Shown: positions 44,701 through 56,189 of the stretch, in pieces | Numbering within the stretch: the stretch's first letter is position 1 | How the letters are laid out: every line of letters starts with the position of its first letter | Source: Seison nebaliae | Taxonomy: Eukaryota | DNA length: 64,000 nt | Direction of reading: 5' to 3' | NCBI GenBank assembly: GCA_023231475.1 | Contig: JALJEE010000149.1 | Span: 1 to 64,000 of the forward strand | Notes under the pieces: generated by a model | What the model saw: the letters and a program-made list of their open reading frames with translations, nothing else | Told to the model about the DNA's origin: nothing | Database searches by the model: none | Position numbers and translations under genes: made by a program

Positions 44701-47700
44701 GATGATTGTGATGAAAATTGAAAATTCTCATTCTAACCGCGCCGTTGATGGAATACATACGTTCTCATTCGTACATTGTATCTCGCCATGAATTCCACAA
44801 TTGATAGTTGCACAATTACTTTCATCGGCGTCATTCCCACAATCATTCTTTCCGTTACAAACCATATATTTTTTGATACATCGACCTTGTGCACCAGGAC
44901 ATTGAAATTCCATTTCTGGATCACATGTTCGTACATCTAAAAAACCACTCCACATCTAAAATAGGAATAAATTAAGAAATGAATAACCGCAATTCTTCTC
45001 ATCACTTCCATCAGGACAATCATTTTCCGTATCACATCGAAAAGCACCAATGACACATGCACCTGATGGATTACATCTAAAATTTCCGGGTGGACAGCTG
45101 ATACTTTTACACATCGATGCATTTTCATCACTTCCATCGGCACAATCTTTCCATCCATTACATCGACGTATAATATTTATACATCGCTTATCAGACACAC
45201 ATTGGAAATGTGACGTCAAATTACAAACAACACGTGGACAATTAATCTCATCGGAACCATCTAGACATTCACTTTTGCCGTTACACTTCAACGTATTTGA
45301 AATACATCGTCCATTACGACAACGGAACGTGTCGTTATTTCGACATGGCTCTCCAGGATATTTTGGATCTAACGGTTCTTTCTCATTCGTAATACATCGC
45401 TGGTTATTGGTAATATCGATACGATAACCATAAGGACAACCACAAATTCGACTACTCTCATTCGTTACATTATCCCAAACGGGAAAACAGAAATGAGAAC
45501 AACCGCCATTATTACTCCGAAGACATGGATGGGAAGTATTGATGAATTGTTCCGATTCACCAACATATTTCATATCCTGTATAGCTATCGGTAACGGTTT
45601 AAAACTCACCAATTTCAATGTTCGATTTCTGAGAAATATTCAAAAACTATTCGGAATAAAATTCAAAAAGAGAACCTGATTGAACTTGAACGAAGTGATC
45701 CCTTCACCAGTGCATGTTTATATGAATCCTGAACGAACAATTTGCCACCACCAAAAATTATTTTTCTCGGTTTCGATCTCGACACTCCAACTTTTCCGTT
45801 CACAATTTTACCAACTCTCTTCCCATCATAATCACTCATAAAAATACTAAAAAAATATAAACTATTTGAAAGATGATCTAAAAATATTGACTAGCCTATC
45901 AGTATAGGCGTCTGACCAAAAAATTCTCTGATTTCTGATATTTAATGTCAACGAATAAGGTAAAATTACTTCGGTTTTCCTTATAACAACTTGATCACTT
46001 CCATCTAAACGACTACGCCATATTCGTGATTTCAATCCTAATTCACACCAGAATAAATATCTATCCAAAACAATATTATTATAATGGAATATAATTGGAT
46101 GGAAACCCTTTATTGGCATCGATCGCGATTGAAATTATTTTCATTCCCTCATTATGAGAAATGATACATCGATGATTATCTGATTGATTAATCATTACTA
46201 CATCGATACAACGTCGATTACTATCCGAATAATAGAGATTATTTCCTATCCAATCCACCGCCATCGTCGTAACGAAATCGATGTTTTTCACCACGAACGG
46301 TCTCGATGGTGATTGACCATGTAATAAAGTTTGATAGATAGTTTTACTGATAACATCAAAATAAAATAATTTTTGTGATTTCCAATGATAATCCAATGCA
46401 CCGATTACTGGTTTCTTTTCTGATGGTAACGTTATAATCGGTTGTAATTCCCAAGTACCGACTGATGTTGTTATCGATCGAATTAATTTACTTTCACTCA
46501 CTATAATATATGATTGAATCTTCTCACAATTATGCTGATCCATTTTCAATCGATATCCATGATTACAAATACATTTATATGATAATGTGTCTGTATGATC
46601 ATCGACGTTCTGATATTCCTGTGTTAACAAACAAAAGTGTTCACAACGATGTTTAGTACACGGATTCTTTCGATTCTTCATCATTTGTTTAGTTATATGA
46701 AATGCTTTTACATCTGTAATTTGTGCACGTTGTAGAAACGTGTCTTTTCCATTCCTATCAGGATTGGTTGTAGGTATTTTGAAAATGTCTTTGACAGAAA
46801 CAATTCCACCAACCGAATCTGAATGATGTCTCCAAATCGATCTTAATGATTTCATGGTGATATCAGTATAATAAATATGATTTTCAAATATATCCGTTGC
46901 AAACGGTTGTGGTATTTTTCGTCTACCTCTAATTATCAATCGTCGACCTCGTCCCTGATAATCGCACATTTCCATTCGATCATATTTCATGTCGACCCAA
47001 AAAATTCTTTTTTTCATCAAATCGATCGTAATTCCGGTCGGTTCTTTAATTTCCGTTGTAATGACTTGTTCCACACCTCGTCCATCTAAATGTGCACGTT
47101 CAATTGCTGGACGTTTATGTGGACTTCTCGCACTCTCATCACCATGAACGGTGATAAACATCAATGCATAATATGGATCGAGAGCGATACTATGAGGACG
47201 GAATAAACCAGAGAAAAGATTTCCGATGGAATTCGCTTTTGTCGTATTAATCACGTCAATCCGTCCAGCGCCTCGATCAACTATATATAGAATTCCCGTC
47301 GTCCAATCTAAAGCGATATTTGAAACATGTTGAAATATCGTCTTTGTTAATGGCGGTTGATTATATGGCGCCTGATTATTCATATAATTCAAATTGTCAA
47401 CTAAAATTTCTGCAGTTTGAATGTTGGAATTGGTGAAGGATTTCTTCCGATAAATCCTATTGAAATTATTGTCCACCCAATAAAGAACGTTGTTTCGATA
47501 ATCGTAATCGATGGAAGGAATATTTTGGAAATCGGACGACGTCGTAAATATCTCTCGACCATATTCACCATTCGAATTGACAGAAATTATCCGATTAACT
47601 AAAGAAATGATCAATCTCATTTCCGTCGAATTTTTTGTGGCACAATGTCCTTCGCCTCGCAACGTATAATTCTGTTCGCATGCGCACTTGTAACCAGGAG

Positions 47701-49097
47701 ACAAATTGATACATTTCTGATCACAAGCGTCCCATGATCGACATTCATCGAAATCTTTACAATTTCTACCGTTTTTATCTAAAGTTTTACCTTCGGGACA
47801 GAAACAAGCTCCTCCACTCGGTGTGGAATGACATTGGAACTCACAAGATAACATTCCACACAAATGTCTCGTATGCGAACGACATAATGTCGTCTCATCG
47901 GAACCATCGATACAATCCTTTCTACCATCACAAACTTTTTGAATGGAAATACATTGAGCGTCAGTTCTACATTGCCAGAAATTGGGAGGACATCGATTCT
48001 TTGAATCTAAATAACACAAATAATAATTATTATTAATATTATGATAAGAATATTCAATCGAACTATGACATGTATCTTCATCTGACAAATCGCCACAATC
48101 ATCATTATTGTTACAAACCAGCGAATTTGAAATACAACGATTATTTGCACATCGAAATTCAACTTGACTACAATTTCGATAAGCTTAAAGAAATTATTGA
48201 ACTTTTCCAAATAAGATTTTCCAACTGCAATTACGTAATGGCACTTCATCTGATTTATCGGAACAATCATAATCTTGATCACAAACCCATTTCATCGGAA
48301 TACAAAGACCATTTCCACAACGGAATTCCTTCTTTTCTCTCGTATTCAAACAAGCCGCCGATTCTTAATCATCAAATTTTATCTATTTTTATTACAAATT
48401 TTAATGGACTAACTTACATTTGTACATTCTTCTTCGTCAGTACCGTCGGCACAATCGATCATTCCGTTACATTTGCGAGACATATCGAGACACCGTCTAA
48501 AATCACAACTAAATGACAATTGACGACATGATGGATGATCTAATTCAAATTAGTTAAATAGGAATTAAAGAAGAAGAACTGCAAAGCGTTTCATCCGTAC
48601 CATCACGACAATCGACAATGTGATCACATTTCATTGAACTGTCCAAACATTTCGTTCCATTATCACATTTAAATTGAGTGGAATTGCAACTGACTTTCGC
48701 TAATAAAAATTTTTAAAAAATTTCATTTCTAATTTCACTAACGACAACCGACTTCATCTTCTCCATAACGACAATCGACAATTCCGTCACATTTCAATTT
48801 CTTTTCAATACATTCTCCTGATCGACTACAAGCAAATTGTGACGTGGTATTACAACTAATATATTCTTTTATTATTAAATGAGATTATTATGAGAATAAA
48901 GACGATTAAAACGAACTACAATCCACTTCATCACTGTTATCTCCACAATCATCTTGACGGTTACAAATCCAGGAATCAGGTATACATCTCCCATTCGTGC
49001 AACGTTTATAACCCAGTGTGCATGATGGCAAAGTTGAGGAAATGGGTTGTAGAATGAGGATGAGGAAAGATATGCAAATTGAAAGTTTCATTCTCAT
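32711..49097 (-). CDS. LRP2: LRP2/megalin orthologue; complete, 35 exons, roughly 4,800-4,900 aa
   Basis: Signal peptide [25 protein letters not shown] repeats counted by eye in four clusters of 7, 8, 10 and 11 (the megalin arrangement), separated by EGF repeats and YWTD propellers. [24 protein letters not shown], then a tail ending DLFPLH* (stop 32713-32711). All 34 introns restore frame or domain continuity. Confidence 0.95.
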
Positions 49098-49477
49098 CAA
49101 TTAACAACTCATTTTGGGAGTATCCAAAAAAAATTTAAAAAACACAAAAAAAACAAATGTACGAAAAATTTGTGGAAAGAAGAATTTTGTTATCGTACAC
49201 CCGAGAAAATTAGTGAAGGAAAAGAATGATGGAAAACTATCTTATGATAATTTATTCATTAATGATGTAATCTTATTCGTTTCTTCTTCATACTTTCTCC
49301 TTTTAACTTTCGATGTTCAAAAGAAAATTCTGTTCACATGACGGTTCAACGAGCGAATACTATTCGACGGCAAACCTGCATCTTGATAATAAATTTATAT
49401 TTTATTCATATTCTTCACTTCCACATTCATTCGGAAACGTCTCTCCTCCTTCTCTACGTTCTCCTCCCGTCACATTT

Positions 49478-50869
49478 TCAATCACATTGAAACCAATCAT
49501 AATCTAATGCGAATGCCTCATCGAAATCGATGGTAGTTTTCGGACCTATGAACAACTTCCCAATCACATCTATTAACTCATGTTCAGTAAAGACAAATAA
49601 TGTGAAAGAACCTGATGTGTCTTCTTTCTTCGAAACGACTTCAATCATTAACGTTGCTGTTTTCATAACGATCGAACGAAGTAATTTATCTCCTTTAAAT
49701 TCGAAAGTATTCTGATAATTTTGAGTATGTCCATTTTTCACCGTTATCTCTTCGCCCTCCTTCCCACTCTTAATCTCTCCAAATCTTAAGAAATAAATTC
49801 GAACAAAAATAGCTTTTTTTCGAAAGTTTCACTTTATTAAAATGAGAGAAATTTAACTTAATTCTTCTTCAAAAAATTTTAATTTCATTGAAGTTATTTT
49901 CACTGTTAATGTCTTGTCGTTAACGAGATCAACTTTCAATTTTAGAGAAACTGTATAGTCCTATGGGGAGGGAATGGACTTAAGACACATTTGAAGAAAT
50001 CAATACTAAATCGGGATATCTGATATTTCTGGTGAGACAAGTGCCAAGAGCTATGGCTTTAGTGGCCGGATGTTGATTGAAAGAATAAATGACAACTCCA
50101 TATTCTTCCTTCTTTTCCAAAACAGTCAATTTCAAATAAAGATGATGTAAATTCTCTAAGGCGACTTTGAACGAGAATGATTGATGGTATTCCGGTGATG
50201 TTCCATAACATTTTCTCGATTTCGCTTTAAACGGTTTAGCCATCTCTTTCGGAAAAAGTTCAACCAAAATATGTGTATTAGGCTCATGTCGAAGTTTCTC
50301 TTGTAGGAAGAGGTTCTGTCCTTTGATTAAAGTGATGAATAATTTTTCTGTTCCATCAAATTGAATTGAGAATACTAATTGTCCCAAATTCTCACTCGGC
50401 AATCCCATTTCTAATAGACTAAATAATTATTTTTGATTAAACGCGAGAAATCTTTGAATAAACTTCAATTCTTCCGGTTGTTTATCAGTTATTCCTAATG
50501 GTTCAGCTACATTCAATATAACTTCTTCTCCTTTTACTTCAGGTAAGTCCCTGTACAACTTATTCAACGATCATTCCACAAAAAAAATTTAAACACTGTT
50601 AAAAATTTATATAATTCCTTACATTTGCCCACTCTCGATCGATATCGCACATACAGCCAGACGATGAACAAGAATATTATGAATAACAAGAAGAAATAAT
50701 AGAACCAAACATAAGCAGCTGAAATTCATTTATTTAAAAATCAGACGAAATTAATTAAACGTTCCGAATCGATGCTACTAGAAAATTGAAATTTCTCTAA
50801 AGAATCTCCTATCTCAAACGGAACGAAATCGGATCCGCTGAGAATTCCCGATGAATCGACGAAATCCAT
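49478..50869 (-). CDS. Synaptotagmin-like protein (short N-terminus, single TM, tandem divergent C2 domains); about 6 exons
   Basis: MDFVDSSG... splices (50760-50719) to TM AYVWFYYFFLLFIIFLFIVWLYVRYRSR. C2A: LGQLVFSIQFDGTEKLFITLIKGQNL...TSPEYHQSFSFKVALENLHHLYLKLTV. C2B-like: LTVKITSMKL...YQNTFEFK...DVIGKLFIGP. Confidence 0.7.
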
Positions 50870-50882
50870 TATTCAATTTTAA

Positions 50883-50910
50883 CTGCACACAAAGTGCACA
50901 TAAAGTGCAC
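50883..50910. repeat. Three-copy 11-bp tandem repeat (GTGCACAYAAA-like) 14 bp upstream of the synaptotagmin-like ATG
   Basis: ctgcacacaaa gtgcacataaa gtgcac. Confidence 0.7.
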
Positions 50911-51491
50911 AGATTTCCAAATTCTTTCAATTCGAATAAAACAATGATAGTAGTTGAAAAAGAATTTCATGTTAAATTATCGTTTACGATGAATCGAATC
51001 ATTTAAAAAAAAAACCTAAAAGCTTTATAAATTTCATGTTTCTTATTGACAATTTAAACTTATTAAATAACTAGTGAATTTATTTATTTTATTTATTTAT
51101 ATTATTATTTATTAAATATTATTAAATTTTTCTAAAAAATCAAATAATTCTATTTTCTGACAATTTCTCAATTGTTTGTAAATTATCATCAAATTCTTCT
51201 TAATAATAGAATAATTGATGATGGAGAAATAATTTAAAATTAATTATCAATTCCATCTTTCTTCGATATGATTCATAGAATTGATGGAGTATGATATGAA
51301 AAAATTAATAAGTTTTTTTGAAAGTTTTTTAGCTTTGTATTTAAATTAAATTTACTTGCAAAATTAATTTTATGATGTGCTTGTTAGAGAAGAAAAGGGA
51401 AATTGTTCAAAACTAATTCGAACAGTGTTGGAGTTTTTGCTGGTTTAAAAGGTGAAATTAAGCTGAAGTTGGAAGAAAATTTAGAATAGAA

Positions 51492-52961
51492 ATGAAATTT
51501 CTTTTCGTAATATTTTCCTTATTTTGTCTTTCAAATGGTTCGATCATCAACGAGAGTTCCTTCACGAGAAATCATGCGAATAAACTCACTTTCACAACGA
51601 ACGAGAGATGGATAATCTTTTGTAAGTCGCCAGTGAGAAATCGAAGTTCATTCTTCAATTTATTCTTTTCGAACTATGTCAAGATCGATTCGACGAGTAT
51701 TAAATCCATTGACAATTTCAAAATTTATATTGCCTCTACTCAGAAGGAGATCGAGGAAAAGAGAGCGTCATCTCATTCACTATTTTATTGGTTCATCAAA
51801 ATGCCCACTTCAATCAGTGGAATATTCGATCGATTCTATTTGAATTATGGTCTCAAATTCTCCATCAATTCAATATCATCAAATTGTATCGGGATAGAAT
51901 CGAAAGCGAAATTGACTTATCGAATTCAATTAATACAAAAGAATTTCGATTTTACACTTCTCTCACAATTGATCTTGGCAACAACATTATTCGCAATCAG
52001 TGGATATATTAGTAGTAATCGAATTTTCATTTACAGTTCAGGAATCTCATTAGGATGTCTCACGTCTATTTTATTGGCGTTGTACGTTTTCTATCGATTC
52101 CTCCCCAAAAAGAATTGGATGCTTTTCGTTTTTGGTATTTGGTCGATGGTTTCCTCAACATCTTACGTCATCTTTTATTTATTATACAACTTGAAAAGTT
52201 TGATTGTTAGTCATCCCAATATTTCCATCGGATATTTCTTCGTAACGGTATGTTGTACAGCCGCTTACATTTACTACATGGGATTTCCTGATAATAAGAA
52301 ATTCCATCATATCCTTCAATCATTTATTCAAATTATTTGTTGTCTTTTCATAATTCAATTATTTCCAAATCATCAAAAATTATCCGTCACTTATCTCCTC
52401 TTACTCTTCACCATCTTCTACTTCAATCGATATATTATGAAAATTCTTTATTTCTCAAATAAAACCGTTTCATGGATTCGACGTCATCTTCCTGGATCGT
52501 TTCGTCGAAGTCAATCCATCTCTCCCATCAAACAACCATATCGAAATCCCAGGAAATATATTCCGCCGAAAGAATATGAAGAAATTCTTCGAGTTAATAC
52601 GAATAACGAACTGGAGAAATTGAGGAATTATCTGTCGACGTCGGCGGGTGAAACTTCATGGAATTATGTTACCAAAATTAACGATCCAATAAAGTTTTCT
52701 AGAAATTCTCTTCTCTCATTAAACGACTTGTTATCAAGATTTGCACAATTCGTAACCGGTGAAACGGAACACGTCAGTGAATTGGAACATGTTTTCCATG
52801 AATTGGCATCGTCATCTTCAGAATCTTCATCTTCCGAAGATGAGATCGACAACGAAGATAATAACGATGATCATGTAATAGACGTTCCTCCCGATAATAA
52901 TTTTAATCGAGAATCATCAAACGATTATGAAGAACGAGTTATCAAAACATATCTTTTATAA
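51492..52961 (+). CDS. NEMP1: Nuclear envelope integral membrane protein (NEMP/TMEM194 family); probable in-frame intron 52694-52738
   Basis: Signal peptide; ISSNRIFIYSSGISLGCLTSILLALYVFYRFLPKK; multiple TM segments; C-terminal EYEEILRVNTNNELEKLRNYL...SWNYVTKINDPIK-FAQFVTGETEHVSELE resembling the NEMP BAF-binding region; acidic tail. Confidence 0.85.
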   Translation: MKFLFVIFSLFCLSNGSIINESSFTRNHANKLTFTTNERWIIFCKSPVRNRSSFFNLFFSNYVKIDSTSIKSIDNFKIYIASTQKEIEEKRASSHSLFYWFIKMPTSISGIFDRFYLNYGLKFSINSISSNCIGIESKAKLTYRIQLIQKNFDFTLLSQLILATTLFAISGYISSNRIFIYSSGISLGCLTSILLALYVFYRFLPKKNWMLFVFGIWSMVSSTSYVIFYLLYNLKSLIVSHPNISIGYFFVTVCCTAAYIYYMGFPDNKKFHHILQSFIQIICCLFIIQLFPNHQKLSVTYLLLLFTIFYFNRYIMKILYFSNKTVSWIRRHLPGSFRRSQSISPIKQPYRNPRKYIPPKEYEEILRVNTNNELEKLRNYLSTSAGETSWNYVTKINDPIKFSRNSLLSLNDLLSRFAQFVTGETEHVSELEHVFHELASSSSESSSSEDEIDNEDNNDDHVIDVPPDNNFNRESSNDYEERVIKTYLL

Positions 52962-53370
52962 TTTCCGTAATAAACTTTCTAATCTGTTTCTGCTATAGAA
53001 GATTGACTTAGGCAATGGTGATAATAATGATTGTGTTCGAGAACGGAAACAACGTATCAATGTTGTCTCACCATCAAAACGGTATTGATAGTAACTTTTT
53101 TTTCCACCAAAACAAAATTTTTTAAAAATTAAAACTATTTTTTTCATTTCTCCTCATTTAACATAAAGGTCATTAAGTAAACATTTTAAGAATTTTTTAA
53201 TGAAAAAAAAAACCTGAAAAATTTTTTTTTACAAAAGAACTTGGAAAATTTTGTGGATAAATAAAACTTTAAAAATCTTCCTGATAAAAAAAATTCAAAA
53301 TTTTTCCTGATAAAAGATGAAAAATTTTTATGATCGAAAAATTTTATTTTTTATTTTAAAAGTAACTTTA

Positions 53371-54715
53371 TCAAGAAAAAATTGAGATGAATTTTAAGAG
53401 GATATTGGCATAACTATTTATCCCATTATTATCTAACATTGTTGCAAGATGTGGAAGTTGTCTTAAGGGAGAAAGTGCGATATGTCCGATCGTGTGATCG
53501 ATCGTATAACAAGAAGCGGAAATCTTGTTTACCATAATTGTACCTGATGATGTTAATGGAGTGAAAACGCCAGTCAATTCTTCACTTTCAATTTTTTTGA
53601 CAATAAAATTTCCATTCTTACCGTACAAAATAGTGTTCAATCGTATCTTACTGGCCGGTTGGAATATCAGTTTTTCATTCTCATTGAACGCTATCAGATG
53701 AGCTGGTGTGACGTCTAAAGTGATTTCTTCATTATCATTTTGTGAGATTGCTGTTACTTTTAAGAAACGTCCTTTTTAAATTGAGATTTTTTTTTAAATT
53801 TCAATTATTTTTCTATCAAATTTTAAAAGAAATTCAAACCTGAAATTGTTGGATTGTAATGAAGCCATCCAATAATTTCTGTTTCCATTAACTGATTATT
53901 AATCGAATCAAATCCTTCTACTTTATCATGAATTTGTAATTGAGAGACAAACACTTCTTCAGTCTGTCCGTTTTTAATTCGTTGAATTTTATCTTTGGCA
54001 CTGAAACATTCAGGTGGATCTGATAAAGAACAATTCAATAAAAAAAAAACAAAATGTAAATTTCAATAACTTTGAATGACTGGACAATCAGGATTAACTT
54101 TCTGATGTGGTCTTTTCGGACAACAACTCATCAATAATGCTTGCAATTCAGTAATGGCACCAGCAACTAACTAAAAGAAAATTTCAATTTGTATAATAAT
54201 AAAAAATTAACATGTCCCACCGTACAAAAAACCATTTTCTCTTTAATGCATTGCATATAATTGTTGGCAGTCTCACACACTGCAGTAACGTTGCCGTTAC
54301 CCAAAACGATGAGAGAACTCAAATCGATTGTGACACAATTGGCGAGAACCGCAGGGTTTGCTTCCACTTCACATTTAGGTGGTCGAGTTGGTCGTCCAAC
54401 ACTCGCTCTCTTCATTCGATTCGTTTCATTTATTCGAACGAATGTCTCCGCATCAAACATATATCGTTCATCTGTTTTAAATTGTTTATCGATTGTTGTC
54501 GATTCATTCGCAATAATTACGTCAAGTTGATCTAGAATCAGATGTGCATTCTTTGATTGGTCGTGACCTTTTATATAATTTCTTAAAAGAAGACGATCGT
54601 AATAGTTTTGATAAGCTCGTTTAAGTTCATCATTCGTCGAGTTATTTTGTGATTGAATTGGAATCGTATGAATTAAGAGTAATACTAGAGGAAAATAATT
54701 CGGTAACATTTTCAT
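53371..54715 (-). CDS. Hedgehog-related secreted Hog (Hint + sterol-recognition region) protein with a non-Hedge N-terminus, 394 aa; introns 54211-54171, 54070-54020, 53839-53772
   Basis: Signal peptide; Hint start E|CFSAKDKI...VSQLQIHDKV; block-B VTPAHLI; GVFTPLTSSGTIMVNKISASCY; SRR-like HTIGHIALSPLR...GINSYANILL. The N-terminal part has no Hedge-domain motifs. Confidence 0.9.
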
Positions 54716-56189
54716 TTACAACTAAAAAATTTTTGGTTTTATATTGGTCGATGTATGGATGGACGGACGGATGGATGAATGAATTATTATTAGACAGAAA
54801 ATTGACGTGTTTGCCAATTAACCTAAATTTCCTTCTCGAATACGTTCACTATCCGGTCGTTAGAAAATAAGTGTTTTCTTTTCAAAAAAATAGTGTCATC
54901 ATATTCGATTCTTATAGAAAAGACGAAATATGATTGTGCGGAAAGAAGGAAGAGGACTTCATTATTAATTTTAGTTCGATGAGTAATACTAACAAAAGAA
55001 GGTTCTTTTTGTTGATTTAGAGATGGAATAGTTTGACGCAATAATTCCTTATCATCTCTATTCTAAATTTATCTTCTGAAAAACTGTACCCCTTTCACTT
55101 ATGTATTAAATCCTTTCCAAACAGTAATCTGATACTCACTTCATCATGAATAATATTTCATATGACACCATTTCATGCTTTCCCGTCTTTTTATCACCCA
55201 CATCGATACTTTTTTTTAGTATTTTAAGATATGCCACTTATTAACCATATTTTCTCCGATTATTAACCAATAATTATAGAGTTTCCAATATCTCCCATCG
55301 TCATGTGATGATCAATGGAGGCTTTTTATTATAATTAAATTCCTCATAGTTTATCCTTTGGCTACGGCTACCTATGTTCTATTATTTTCAGAATAAAATT
55401 ATTTTTGATCAATGTTTTCGCTGATTCTTTAAATTACTTTCAGCTTGAAGAGGACATCCGTTTAACAAGGGATTATCCACAAGAATAACACCTAAATTTA
55501 TATTGACAATTCGCGGTATTGATTTAATGACTGACTCAATGAATATAACTATAATGTTTATAAATAATATTTATAATTCCGGTTTTTGGGGAAACTGCTA
55601 TATTAAGCGAAATTGATCAACATTTTCGCTTCTGGCATTAATATTCATTCGAAATTAAAACTATTTATTGAGGATGTAGGATGATATTCCATTAATTATT
55701 ATGAGATTTTGAAGGAATTCTATGCGAATTTGATTGAATTTGTTATGCACTTTTATAATCATCAGTCGATGGAACTCATAGCACAGACCATAAACCACAT
55801 TGTATCAACATTTAGACTATAAAGTTTATAAACAACTGTTTATCACCAATGTTCATAATGTTCGTTGTTAAGACGTTTGGTGACAACTCAAGTGATAAAA
55901 AACAAATAATTATTATTGGTCGATTGGATATATTTGTTAGATGACAAATCAAAAATTAGGCTAAGTAATTTTGGAAAGAAAAAATTTTAAATTATTTTAT
56001 TAAGCTTCAGTTTTTTCTGAAAGAAATTAGAGAAAAAAAGAAAAAAGAGAAGAGAAAGAAAATTTGTAAATCGATCAATAAATTAAAATAAAAAAGTTAT
56101 TATGTCACAATAGAATGTGTTCGATTATCTTTTAATAATTCCATGCAACTTCGTGATCTACTTTGTAAGTGAGACATAAAATATCATCA

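Noticed and set aside
33964..48516. Many 60-180 aa ORFs overlapping LRP2 on both strands (Met/Val/Ile-rich or His-rich)
   Set aside because: They are alternative-frame and antisense shadows of Cys/Asp-rich LDL-A codons (TGT/GAT), with no independent gene signal.
50538..50550. Minus-strand ACTTACCTG resembling the U1 snRNA 5' end
   Set aside because: It is in a synaptotagmin-like coding exon (DLPE), and no U1 stem-loops or Sm site follow.
50580..50729. Alternative synaptotagmin-like start at ATG 50729 (MNFSCLCLVLL...)
   Set aside because: That frame stops quickly. The other frame gives a better TM plus basic stop-transfer segment and splices cleanly to an upstream ATG exon.
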